Of a DNA stretch of 64,000 nucleotides, positions 53,895 through 64,000 are shown in pieces. The notes beneath the pieces are model-generated. The model made no database searches, was not told the DNA's origin, and saw only the letters and a program-made list of their open reading frames with translations. Positions within the stretch are counted from its first letter, which is position 1; each line of letters opens with the position of its first letter. The position numbers were made by a program, and so were the translations under genes. Source of the stretch: an uncultured Pseudomonadota bacterium (GTDB lineage: Bacteria > Pseudomonadota > Alphaproteobacteria > Rhizobiales > Beijerinckiaceae); the NCBI GenBank assembly GCA_963782195.1, contig CAWAIN010000005.1, forward strand, positions 538,858 through 602,857. The letters run 5' to 3'.

Positions 53895-56060
53895 CTAAGC
53901 CGCCTGCTCCTTCGCCTCTCGCCGGCGGTCGTGCAATATCCATTCGGTGTAGCCGTTCGGCTGTAGACGGCCTTTAAAAATCAGATCCTCCGCCGCCCTG
54001 AAGGCCGGTCCATTAAAGGCTGGCGCCATTGGCTGATACGCGTCATCGCCATCGTTCTGACGATCGACGATCTTCGCCATACGTTTCAGCGTGTCTGAGA
54101 CTTGCGTCTCGTTGACGATACCGTGTTGCAGCCAATTGGCGATATGCTGACTCGAAATGCGCAACGTCGCACGATCTTCCATGCGGCCGACATCGTGGAT
54201 ATCGAGCACTTTCGAGCAGCCAATCCCCTGATCGACCCAGCGCACGACATAGCCGAGTATGCCCTGGCAATTGTTGTCGAGTTCTTCCTGCACCGCATCC
54301 GGCGCGAAATTGCCGCGCGAAATCGGAATCGTCAGCAGATCGGCAAGCTTCGCCGGCGGCCGCGCTCGCAATTCCTTCTGCCGCTTGAGGACATCGACGC
54401 GGTGATAATGCGTCGCATGGAGAACCGCGGCCGTCGGCGACGGCACCCACGCCGTGTTGGCGCCCGAGGTCAGATGCGGAATCTTATCGACCAGCATCGC
54501 CGACATGCTATCGGGCATCGCCCACATGCCTTTGCCGATCTGCGCCCGGCCGGGCAGCCCACAGCGCAAGCCAACATCGACATTCGAATCTTCATAGGCC
54601 GCGATCCATTTCGTCTTCTTCATATCCTCTTTGCGGATCATCGGCCCAGCTTCCATCGAGGTGTGGATTTCATCGCCAGTGCGATCGAGGAAGCCGGTGT
54701 TGATGAAGAAGACGCGATTGGCGGCTGCCTTGATGACGGCCTTCAGATTGGCGCTCGTGCGCCGCTCTTCGTCCATGATGCCCATCTTGAGCGTGTAAGG
54801 CTTCAGGCCGAGAAAATCCTCGACCGCGGCGAAAAGGCGGTCGGCGAGCACGACTTCGTCCGGGCCGTGCATTTTCGGCTTGACGATATAGACGGAGCCT
54901 TTCGTGCTGTTGCGCCTGCCCGTCGCGCGCAGATCGTGGAGAGCGATCAGGCCGGTCACTGCCGCATCGAGCAATGTCTCGGGGATTTGCGCCCCGTCGG
55001 CATCCAGCACAGCGTCAGTCATCATGTGATGGCCGACATTGCGGACAAGCACGAGGCTGCGGCCGGACAGTGACAGCGGCGCGCCGTCTGGCTGGACATA
55101 GCTGCGATCCTCGGCAAGACGGCGCTCGATGGTTTTGCCGTTCTTTTCAACCGTCGCGGAGAAAGTCCCCTGCATCAGGCCGAGCAGGTTGCGATAGAGC
55201 CCGACCTTGTCGGCCGCATCGACCGCGGCAACGCTGTCCTCGAGATCCATGATCGCGGTCAGCGCGGCTTCAATGACAATATCGGAAACTCCAGCAGGAT
55301 CGTCCGCGCCCGTTCTGCTCGCGCGATCGACGACGATCTCGAGATGCAAGCCATTATTACGCAAGAGAATCGCGCTCGGAGCACTGGCCTCGCCGCGATA
55401 GCCGCGAAATTGCGCCGGGTTTTTCAACTCGGCCTCGGCACTATCGGCGAGCTTAGCGACGAGTTTGCCGCCCGTGACGCGATAGGCTGTGACATCCTTG
55501 TGGCTTGCGCCAGCAAGCGGCACCGAGGCATCGAGAAAGTCCCGGCCCCAGGCGACGACCCGGGCACCGCGGATCTTGTTGTAGCCCTTGCCGCGTTCGC
55601 CACCATCGGCCGACGAAATCGCGTCCGTGCCGTAGAGGGCCTCGTAAAGCGACCCCCAGCGCGCATTGGCTGCATTCAAGACGTAGCGCGCATTTGAGAC
55701 CGGCACGACCAGTTGCGGGCCGGGCACCAGCGCAATTTCGTCGTCGACATTTTCGGTCGCGATGGAAAAATCCGGCGGTTCAGGCACGAGATAGCCGATC
55801 TCGCGCAAGAATTTCTCGTAATCGGCGGGATCGAACGGCCGCCCGCGATGGCCGAGGTGATAGGAATTGATCTTCTCCTGAAGATCATCGCGGATCTGCA
55901 ATTGCGCGCGGATACGCGGCGAATATTCGCCGACGAGTTTGCCGAAGCCTGTCCAAAATGTATCAGCGGCAATGCCAGTGCCGGGCAGCACTTCATCGGC
56001 GATGAAATCATAAAGGGTGCGGGCGACCTTAAGACCGCCGACGTCTTGATAGTCACGCAT
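53895..56060 (-). CDS. glcB: Malate synthase G
   Basis: [64 protein letters not shown]. Confidence 0.97.
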   Translation of the reverse strand: MRDYQDVGGLKVARTLYDFIADEVLPGTGIAADTFWTGFGKLVGEYSPRIRAQLQIRDDLQEKINSYHLGHRGRPFDPADYEKFLREIGYLVPEPPDFSIATENVDDEIALVPGPQLVVPVSNARYVLNAANARWGSLYEALYGTDAISSADGGERGKGYNKIRGARVVAWGRDFLDASVPLAGASHKDVTAYRVTGGKLVAKLADSAEAELKNPAQFRGYRGEASAPSAILLRNNGLHLEIVVDRASRTGADDPAGVSDIVIEAALTAIMDLEDSVAAVDAADKVGLYRNLLGLMQGTFSATVEKNGKTIERRLAEDRSYVQPDGAPLSLSGRSLVLVRNVGHHMMTDAVLDADGAQIPETLLDAAVTGLIALHDLRATGRRNSTKGSVYIVKPKMHGPDEVVLADRLFAAVEDFLGLKPYTLKMGIMDEERRTSANLKAVIKAAANRVFFINTGFLDRTGDEIHTSMEAGPMIRKEDMKKTKWIAAYEDSNVDVGLRCGLPGRAQIGKGMWAMPDSMSAMLVDKIPHLTSGANTAWVPSPTAAVLHATHYHRVDVLKRQKELRARPPAKLADLLTIPISRGNFAPDAVQEELDNNCQGILGYVVRWVDQGIGCSKVLDIHDVGRMEDRATLRISSQHIANWLQHGIVNETQVSDTLKRMAKIVDRQNDGDDAYQPMAPAFNGPAFRAAEDLIFKGRLQPNGYTEWILHDRRREAKEQAA

Positions 56061-57662
56061 GGACGGCTTTCTCCTGCATACCAAGTTCCGCCGCCGTGCC
56101 GGCGAATTTGGCGAAGTTCTCTTTAAACAGGCGGACGAGATGGTGCGCCTGCGCCGCATAGGCCTGCGGATCGGGCCACGCGCGCGAGGGATCGAGCATG
56201 TCATCGGGCACGCCTGCCACATGCAGCGGCAGGTGCAGGCCGAAATACGGCTCCTCGCGAAACAACGCTTTATCGAGCGCGCCCGTAAGCGCCGCGCGCA
56301 GCAGCGCGCGTGTATGTGCGATCGAAATGCGCGTGCCGATTCCGTAAGGGCCGCCCGTCCAGCCGGTATTGACGAGCCAGACGTTGGTCTCCTGCTTCGA
56401 CAGATAGTGCATCAGGAGGCGGCCATAGACCTCCGGCGGGCGCGGCATGAACGGCGCACCGAAACAGGCGCTGAAGGTCGCAACCGGCTCCTTGCCCAGC
56501 CCCTTTTCCGTCCCGGCGACACGCGCAGTATAGCCGGAGAGGAAATGATACATCGCCTGCTCGGGCGTGAGCCGCGACAAAGGCGGCATGACGCCAAAAG
56601 CATCCGCCGTCAGCATCACCACATTGCGCGGAACGCCGCCCACGCCGCTCGGTTCAGCATTGGCGATGAAGTGAAGCGGATAGCAGGCGCGCGTGTTGGG
56701 CGTCAGCGAATCATCGTCGAGATCGACGTGGCCATCTGAATCGAGCACGACGTTCTCAAGCACCGTCCCGAAACGATGCGCGGCTGCCCAAATTTCAGGC
56801 TCGGCCTCTTGCCGAAGATTGATGACCTTGGCATAGCAGCCGCCCTCGAAATTGAAGACGCCGGTTTGCGACCACGCGTGCTCGTCGTCGCCGATGAGCC
56901 AACGCTCCGGGTCAGATGACAGAGTCGTTTTGCCGGTGCCGGAAAGGCCGAAAAAGAGCGCCGTATCGCCATCCGGACCGATATTCGCAGAACAATGCAT
57001 CGGCAACACGCCTTTCGCGGGCAGCAGCCAATTCATGACGGTGAAGATCGCCTTCTTCACTTCCCCTGCATATTGAGTGCCGGAAATGACGATCAGCTTT
57101 TGCGCAAACGAAAGCGCGATCGCGGTCGGCGAGCGCAGCCCGAGGGCCGAGGGCTCCACGGAAAGGCCGGGCGCGTGCAGAATGATGTAATCCGGCACAA
57201 AGGTCTCAAGCTCCTCCGTGGCCGGCCGAATGAACATATTGCGGGCAAAAAGCGCGTGCCACGCATTGGTCGTAACAAGCCGGACCCTGATGCGATGCTC
57301 CGGCGCGGCACCCGCATAAAGGTCCTGCGTGAACAGGATCTGGCCTTGCAGATAATTGCGGACCTCGTCGGCGAGCGCCGCAAAGCCAGCCTGAGAAAGC
57401 TTCTGGTTGACGCTGCCCCACCAGATATTGCCGCTCGTTTCGGGCTCATCGACGATAAATTTATCGGTTGCCGAACGGCCGGTGTGCGTCCCCGTGGTGA
57501 CGACGAGCGCACCATCGGCCGAGAGCCTGCCTTCACCGCGCTGAAGCGCCAGCTCGACAAGGGGCGCAGCCTGGAGATTGGCGTGAATGGCCGTGCGCCG
57601 GACAAACCCGTCCCGGCCAGCGCGGCGAGGCTCCCCTCCGCGCGTCGTGTCATTAAATTCAT
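56053..57662 (-). CDS. pckA: ATP-dependent phosphoenolpyruvate carboxykinase (apparent -1 frameshift at ~57591 near the N-terminus)
   Basis: [55 protein letters not shown]; N-terminal frame joins at GAR/AIHANL. Confidence 0.92.
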
Positions 57663-58022
57663 TGCAGCGGCCTCCGATTGCAGATCTTTGCGATCAACCA
57701 AGATTGAGCCGAACCGGTCATCGCTTCTTTTGCGGTGCGGAACAATTGGACTTTCTGCTAACGCGGTGCAGCGCTAGGCCGTGCGCATCGGGGGCGCCGG
57801 CTTTGTAAAGCCCATAATTTGAAAGAGGTTACGCCTGTTCGTGAATGCGAGCGGCCTATTGTGCGGACGTCGCCGGATTCGTTGATCGAAGCGGACAATG
57901 TTCCGCGCTGAAGCGGCGACAGAAAATTACCGCCGAGCAGCAGACGAACGTCAGCATGCCGGACTATTTACGTTCGCATTTTCGAATCAGCGTACTTGCC
58001 GAGGCCGCCGAATAGGCGGCCG

Positions 58023-59325
58023 TCAGGGGCGCCCGATGGAAAGATATTTGAAGCCCTCGCGGCGCAGTTCATCGGGCGAGTAGATATTGCGCAGATCGAC
58101 GAGGATTGGCTCGGTCAGGAGCGACTTGACGCGGCCGAGATCGAGCGCCCGGAAGGCATCCCATTCGGTGACGATGACGAGCGCCGAGGCATCCTTGCAG
58201 CAGCTATAGGGATCGCCGCAATAATTCAGCTTGTCGAGATAGTGGCGCGCCTGCTCCATGCCTTCGGGATCGAAGGCGTTGACCTTGGCGCCCGCATCCT
58301 GAAGCGCGGTGATGATCGCAATCGCCGGCGAATCGCGCATGTCGTCGGTATTGGGCTTGAAGGTCAGGCCGAGCACCGCAATCGTCTTGTTGCGCACATT
58401 GCCGCCGCACGCGATGAGCACTTTGCGCGCCATTGCGCGCTTGCGCTGGTCGTTCACCGCCGCGACCGTCTCGACGATGCGGATCGGCGCGCCATAATCC
58501 TGCGCCGTCTTGATCAGGGCCTGCGTGTCCTTGGGGAAGCAGGAGCCGCCATAGCCGGGGCCCGGCGTGCAGAAATTTTGAGCCGATGCGATTGTCGAGG
58601 CCGATGCCGCGCGCGACCTCCTGCACATTCGCGCCCACTTCCTCGCAGAGGCTCGCGATCTCGTTGATGAACGTGATCTTGGTCGCGAGGAAGGCGTTCG
58701 CCGCATATTTGGTGAGTTCAGACGTGCGGCGGCTGGTGACGAGAATCGGCGCCTGGTTGAGGTAAAGGGGGCGATAGACCTCACGCATCACCGCTTCGGC
58801 GCGCTTGTCCTCGACGCCGATGACGATGCGATCCGGGCGCTTGAAGTCGGCGATTGCCGCACCCTCGCGCAGGAACTCGGGATTTGAGACGACGGCGAAT
58901 TCGGCATCCGGCCGCACTTCGCGAATGATGCGCTCGACCTCATCGCCGGTGCCGACCGGCACGGTGGATTTCGTGACGATGACCGTGAAGCCATTGATCG
59001 CCGCGGCAATATCGCGCGCCGCCTGATAGACATAGGTGAGATCGGCATGGCCGTCGCCGCGCCGCGACGGCGTGCCAACTGCGATGAACACAGCCTGCGC
59101 CTCGCGCACCGCCGAGAGATCATCGGCGAATGTCAGCCGGTTCTGGCGGACGTTGGTCATCACCAGTTCGGCGAGGCCGGGCTCATAGATTGGCATCTTG
59201 CCGGATTTCAGCGCCTCGATCTTCGCGGGATCGTTGTCGATGCAACAGACATCGTGGCCGAAATCCGCAAAACAGGCGCCCGAGACCAGGCCCACATATC
59301 CCGAGCCCACCATAGCGATTTGCAT
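58023..59325 (-). CDS. ugd: UDP-glucose 6-dehydrogenase (apparent +1 frameshift at ~58558)
   Basis: VGSGYVG, IAVGTPS, KSTVPVG, SNPEFLREG, ELTKYAAN, then GYGGSCFPKD and LTFKPNTDDMR in the second frame. Confidence 0.92.
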
Positions 59326-59556
59326 TTTTCGCTCCTTAAGCGCCGCAATCCCAGGAGGACTTGCAGCCGAAACCTAGCCAGTGCCATTTTCGTGACGCAG
59401 AGGCAACCGACGCATGAATTGCCGGGCTGAGCCCAAAACCGCGCGGTATGTTGGTCAACCGTGCTTCCGGCAAGTCTTTGTCGAGACTAAGGAACGTAGG
59501 ATGCGACTGGAGTCGGGACAAGCCTGTTACCCGTCGCAGTGGCGCGAGATAGCTTT

Positions 59557-60920
59557 ATGACAAATGTATTGCAGTATGATCTCTGCGTGCTCGGCGGCGG
59601 CGGCGCGGGGTTAGTGGCGGCACGGACGGCGGCGCGGTTTGGCGCCAGGGTCGTTATCGTGGAAAAGCGCGCCCTGGGCGGCGCCTATCTTACGCAGACA
59701 ATTCCTGTCCAGGCCTTCTGCGCCGCGGCTTTGCAAACTGGCGGGGCGCAAGCCGCAAAAATCGATTTTGTCCGTGTCCGCACCCAGGCACTCGCGGCGG
59801 TCAAGGATTTCGCCCGCGATTATGCGCCGGAACCGCTTGGAGCCTCCGGCATCGCGTTGATCCGGGCGCTCGGCAGTTTCAGTGGACCGGCGCGTGTCGA
59901 AGCCGGCGGTCAATTGATCGCGGCGAGGCAATTCATACTCGCCACCGGCGCGACGCCGGCGCACGCCTCATGGCCCGGGCAGGAACTGATACGGCCCCTG
60001 GCACTCGAAGATGTGCTGACGATCGACCGGCCGCCTGAAGACCTGATCATGGTCGGCGCGAATTTTCAGGGACTCGTTCTGGCGCAGGCGCTCCTGCGGC
60101 TCGGCACGCGGGTCTCGCTAATCGAACCGGGCGCGATCCTTCCCGACGAAGATCCCGAGCTTGTCGCGCCAGTGTTGGCTCAACTTGCCCGGGAGGGCTT
60201 GCGTATCTTTGCGCAGCACGAGATCGCCCGACTCGAACCAATCTCGGGTGGCCTGCGCGTCTATTTTAAAGGGGGTGCGGCGCCGCTCGAAAGCCAGCAA
60301 ATCACGTTCGCCGCCAACCCGCTGCCGCTCGTTGAAGGTTTGGGCCTGAAAAATGCTGGGGTCACCTATGCAAATTCCGGGATTCTCAGCGACGCACAGG
60401 GCCGCACCAGCAACCGCAAAATCCACGTTGTCGGCGATGCCGCCGGTGGCCCGGGTTCCAGCCAGTCGGCGCTTGGACAGGCTGAACGCCTCGCCGCGCA
60501 CCTCTTCGGCCATAGCCGTTTGGCTTCGCCATCGCCCGGATCCTCGGCACCGATCCCGAGATGGCCATTGTTGGCGTCACCGAAGCACAGGCGAGAAAAA
60601 AACATAATTCTATCCGCATCTTACGAGCAACATTCGCCGACACGGACCGGGCGCGATTGACCCGCATGCAGCAGGGTCACGTCAAGATCGTGACGAATTC
60701 GGCGGGCATTATCCTGGGTGCGGGTCTTGTCGGGCCCGGCGTACGCGAACTTGCCGGAATCTTCAGCGTGGCCATCGACAAACGGATGAAAGCTTCCGAA
60801 CTAAGCGTGTTCGCCAATGCGCCCGCGCTGACGCAGGCCATCTCGGAAGCTGCACTTGCATCTACGCCGTATCTCGGCAAAGCTCTGCCACAACGGCTCT
60901 TTCCGCGCCGGACGAGATAG
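59557..60920 (+). CDS. Pyridine nucleotide-disulfide oxidoreductase family flavoprotein, degenerate (apparent frameshift at ~60530)
   Basis: FAD motif VLGGGGAG, ILATGA, VVGDA, and in the second frame the dimerisation domain TDPEMAIVGVTEAQA..ILGAGLVG; catalytic CxxxxC absent. Confidence 0.75.
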
Positions 60921-60923
60921 ACA

Positions 60924-62426
60924 ATGCGCGATTTTGTGACCGTCAACCGGCCCTCTTCAAGCGATCGTCCAGGCAGCATTGCGAGGAGCCTGCGCGAACG
61001 GCGTCCCCGCTTCGGCCTCGCCACGCGAATCGTCCTGTCCGTTGTCGTTGTCGTCATGGCGGCGGAATTTACGATCTACATCCCGCTCATCGCCAATTAT
61101 CGCGAGAATTGGCTGCGCAACCGTTTAAGCGCCGCTTATACCGCGACCCTGGTTCTCGAAGCCGCGCCGCGCGCGATGGTCTCGCCGCAATTGTCGCGGG
61201 AATTGCTCAACAGCGTCGGCGCGCGCATCATCGTCCTGAAAGCGCATGGCACGCGGCGCATTCTTGCGGCCACCACCCTGCCCCCGGCGGTCGACGAATT
61301 CTACGACCTGCGGCATTGGTCTTTTTTGCAGGCTCTTGCTTCGACATGGCGAACCTATTTCGCCGCCGACGATCGCGTCATCACAATTCTCGGCGCGGCG
61401 CCGATGGGCGGCGAGGGCATCGAAGTGACGATGGATGAAGGGCCGGCGAAAGCCGCGTTGCATGTCGTTGCGGCCCGCGTTCTGATGATCTCGCTCACGA
61501 TATCGGCGCTTGTTTCGGCGCTCGCGGTCGTCATCCTCCACATCGTGGTGCTGGGGCCGATGCGCCGCCTCACGACGAACATCACCGAATTCGGCGCCGA
61601 TCCCGAGAATGCAAGCCGGATTATAACGCCGTCGGGCACCACACATGAGATCGGCCGTGCCGAAGAGGCGTTGGCGACCATGCAGGACACACTTGTCCGC
61701 GAATTGACGCAAAAGAAGCACCTCGCCGCGCTCGGCCTAGCGGTTGCCAAGATCAATCACGATTTGCGTAACATGCTGGCGGCGGCGCAGCTTCTCTCGG
61801 ACCGCCTTGGCAATGTCACGGATCCGCTGGCGCAGCGGCTCGCACCCAAACTCGTCGCGACGCTCGACCGCGCCATCCGCTTCTGCCAGGCCACATTGAC
61901 CTACGGCCGTGCAACGGATGAGGCGCCGAATCCGCGGTTCGTCGATTTGCGCACCGTTGTCGCCGAGGCGGCCGAATCGGTTTGTCCGAGCGGCGGCAGC
62001 CGCGTCGCGATTGTGAATAACGTCAACGTCGGTTTCGTGCTCTGGGCCAATTCGGAGCAATTGTTCCGGGTTCTTATGAATCTGATGCGCAACGGGATCG
62101 AGGCGCTCGAACGCGCCGGTCCGGCGCGTGGGCAGCCGGCGCAAATCGTGATCGCTGCGGGCTTTGCCGGCGACAATGCGATCATCGAAATCGCCGATAC
62201 CGGTCCCGGCGTGCCGCCGAGCGTGCGCGCGCAGCTCTTCACACCTTTTTCGAGTTCGTCGCGGCCAGGGGGCTCAGGGCTCGGACTCGCCATCGCGGCC
62301 GATCTCGTTCGCGCGCATGGCGGCAGCATCGAACTGGCGCCCGTGGAGGACGACGCGGACGAGAACACCGGCGCGACATTCCGGATCACGTTGCCGCAGC
62401 GCCGCAGCCCCGCGGCCGCGGCCTGA
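60924..62426 (+). CDS. Membrane sensor histidine kinase (orphan)
   Basis: Two TM helices, HAMP, H-box KINHDLRNML, N-box VLMNLMRNG, DTGPG, GSGLGLAIA. Confidence 0.93.
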   Translation: MRDFVTVNRPSSSDRPGSIARSLRERRPRFGLATRIVLSVVVVVMAAEFTIYIPLIANYRENWLRNRLSAAYTATLVLEAAPRAMVSPQLSRELLNSVGARIIVLKAHGTRRILAATTLPPAVDEFYDLRHWSFLQALASTWRTYFAADDRVITILGAAPMGGEGIEVTMDEGPAKAALHVVAARVLMISLTISALVSALAVVILHIVVLGPMRRLTTNITEFGADPENASRIITPSGTTHEIGRAEEALATMQDTLVRELTQKKHLAALGLAVAKINHDLRNMLAAAQLLSDRLGNVTDPLAQRLAPKLVATLDRAIRFCQATLTYGRATDEAPNPRFVDLRTVVAEAAESVCPSGGSRVAIVNNVNVGFVLWANSEQLFRVLMNLMRNGIEALERAGPARGQPAQIVIAAGFAGDNAIIEIADTGPGVPPSVRAQLFTPFSSSSRPGGSGLGLAIAADLVRAHGGSIELAPVEDDADENTGATFRITLPQRRSPAAAA

Positions 62427-62542
62427 ACGGCAAACCGGCCTGTTGCCATCCTGCGCCCAACTCGCTAAAGGAAGCCGTCCATCCTTGGGATCGACCTCTT
62501 CCCGATCATCGGCAAGTTTTCGGCTTCCCTTTACGGATTTGC

Positions 62543-62619
62543 GCGCCCGTAGCTCAGCTGGATAGAGCACTAGACTACGAATTTAGGGGTCAGGAGTTCG
62601 AATCTCTTCGGGCGCGCCA
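62543..62619 (+). tRNA. tRNA-Arg(ACG)
   Basis: GCGCCCG acceptor, loop CTACGAA, TTCGAAT T-loop, encoded CCA. Confidence 0.96.
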
Positions 62620-62740
62620 AATTCCCATCAAATTTCAATAGATTGCAGTAGGGCGCCATTAGCCGCGCCGCGTTGTGTTGGTCGGAATCGCCACCGAATC
62701 GCCACGGGTAATCGGAAGCGCGAGGCACCATCAGGATACG

Positions 62741-62767
62741 AAAAGGTCCGTTTGAGCGGGCCTTTTT
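62741..62767. terminator. Intrinsic terminator downstream of tRNA-Arg
   Basis: AAAAGGTCCG-loop-CGGGCCTTTTT. Confidence 0.7.
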
Positions 62768-62828
62768 GCTGAGCGTTTTGACGGCTATTGTGCCCTCCCC
62801 GGCCACTGCTTCAAACCGAGGATCCAAA

Positions 62829-62996
62829 ATGGCAAGAGCCGCAACAGTGACAATCTATGTCGCTCTGATGGTGGCCGCCATAGTCGCTGTAGACGTGCTG
62901 TTCTTTCGAAGCAGGTTCTGGGAACGGCTAGCCGTGAACATCGGGATCGTCTTGGTGTTCGGTGCGTTCTACCTGAGATTTCTGCAGCACCCATGA
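62829..62996 (+). CDS. Small two-TM membrane protein (55 aa)
   Basis: MARAATVTIYVALMVAAIVAVDVLFFRSRFWERLAVNIGIVLVFGAFYLRFLQHP; two hydrophobic helices; GAGGA upstream. Confidence 0.65.
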   Translation: MARAATVTIYVALMVAAIVAVDVLFFRSRFWERLAVNIGIVLVFGAFYLRFLQHP

Positions 62997-63023
62997 AGGC
63001 GTGACGCGCGACAACCCTACGAG

Positions 63024-63054
63024 AAAAAAGGGCCCGCACAACGCGGGCCTTCTT
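63024..63054. terminator. Hairpin terminator
   Basis: AAAAAAG-GGCCCGC-N5-GCGGGCC-TTCTT. Confidence 0.6.
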
Positions 63055-63274
63055 ATAGGTGGTCCGATAGCTGCGGGGATTTCTAGGCGGTTTTGTAAGG
63101 CTCGATCGAGAGCGTGCGATCGCGGCGTCGGCGATATCTAGGCTCTGCCGGCGTCCGTAATGGCGAAGGCGGGTTCTTCAGGGTTGGTATTGGGCAAAGC
63201 GCGAGCGCTTGCCCGAAACGGGTGCATTCGGCGTTTCAATAACCCCATGAGTTATTAGCGTGATCTAACGGATC

Positions 63275-63435
63275 AGTTTTAACGCCTCACAGCTAAGCTC
63301 GTCATCACGGATCCGCGCCTATCAACGGCGATGACAATCAAGACCACTCTTGAGAAAGCCGGGGTCCAATTCCTAGAACCAGGCGATTCGGTCGGCGGTC
63401 CCGGCGTGGCGTTGAAGACAGTTGGGCAGACCTAA
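63275..63435 (+). pseudogene. Remnant of an XRE-family transcriptional regulator (HTH deleted)
   Basis: Manual translation DPRLSTAMTIKTTLEKAGVQFLEPGDSVGGPGVALK* matches the C-terminus of small alphaproteobacterial XRE proteins; in-frame stop upstream and no intact start. Confidence 0.55.
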
Positions 63436-63691
63436 TGTCGTTTGCAGCGATGGCGCTTGATAGCAATCGGCCACATATGTTCATCCCTAATTCACGGTGG
63501 ACCGGTCAGCTCATCGCCGGTACCTTTGATGGATGATCTGCTCTCGGGAACATGGCAGGCTTACGTCTAACTAGAAACATGCATCACGGGCTGGCCTTGA
63601 TCCCCATGTTTCAGTGGGCGGGTCGATGTGGTTCAAAAGTTCAACACCCATGAAGCCCCCAATACGCAATGACCGAGCCGAGATCAGACGC

Positions 63692-64000
63692 ATGAGGCCA
63701 GCAGAACCTCTCTCCCGAATTCAAACCTCGTCTCAAGCTTGGTTCGCAAGTGGAGGCCGCGTGGGCTACGACCCCAGAGCCCGGGCCATCGTTGCGGCGG
63801 AAGACGCGCCGCTCAAGATTTTCTTGAGGCGGGAGGGCGAACTTGCGCACGCCGTTTCCTTTCTGCCGGGATTTCCCGATGGCTCGTTGGGATGGGCGAA
63901 CGTTCTGCCGAATCTACCGAATGCTGGCGAAATGCCGAAGCTCTTCGTCGACTATGTCGGCATGGGCGATAGCGACAAGCCCAAGGACTATGCCTATTCC
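63692..64000 (+). CDS. Alpha/beta hydrolase, N-terminal part (runs off window end)
   Basis: Open frame to the window end: FLPGFPDGSLGW ... FVDYVGMGDSDKPKDYAYS; could start at in-frame ATG 63650. Confidence 0.8.
   Translation, partial: MRPAEPLSRIQTSSQAWFASGGRVGYDPRARAIVAAEDAPLKIFLRREGELAHAVSFLPGFPDGSLGWANVLPNLPNAGEMPKLFVDYVGMGDSDKPKDYAYS

Noticed and set aside
57663-58022. Structured ncRNA or riboswitch upstream of pckA
   Set aside because: No recognisable conserved motif or convincing long stem by eye; an Rfam scan would be needed.
63060-63230. Minus-strand fragment ending AITDAGRA*
   Set aside because: Too short and no recognisable start; cannot be supported as a gene remnant.

Overview
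Chromosomal segment of a GC-rich Alphaproteobacterium (Hyphomicrobiales). Gene content and intergenic repeat families suggest a Beijerinckiaceae/Methylovirgula-like lineage, which is inference only. Most of the window is housekeeping: xerC end, fba-pgk-gap, zapA, addBA-trxA, queED, rdgB-rph, pqqABCDE, trpFB-trpA-accD-folC, ihfB-sppA-rpsA, cmk-aroA, bioB, pckA-glcB, ugd and three tRNAs. The most notable element is a ~3.8 kb segment integrated at tRNA-Ala(GGC). It is bounded by a degenerate direct repeat of the tRNA 3' half, has no integrase, and carries a single gene for a 1178-aa pyrophosphate-dependent PEP carboxykinase, while a canonical ATP-dependent pckA lies ~11 kb away. Other insertions into conserved operons are a vapBC-type toxin-antitoxin pair inside the trp operon and a fasciclin/ECF-sigma/RskA cassette between cmk and rpsA. 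Also present: a tandem pair of small secreted paralogs, a CysG with a vestigial methylase domain, a flavoprotein disulfide reductase lacking its catalytic cysteines, and the start of another accessory region after tRNA-Arg. Eight single-base frameshifts in conserved genes, mostly at short homopolymers, are most likely sequencing or assembly errors.
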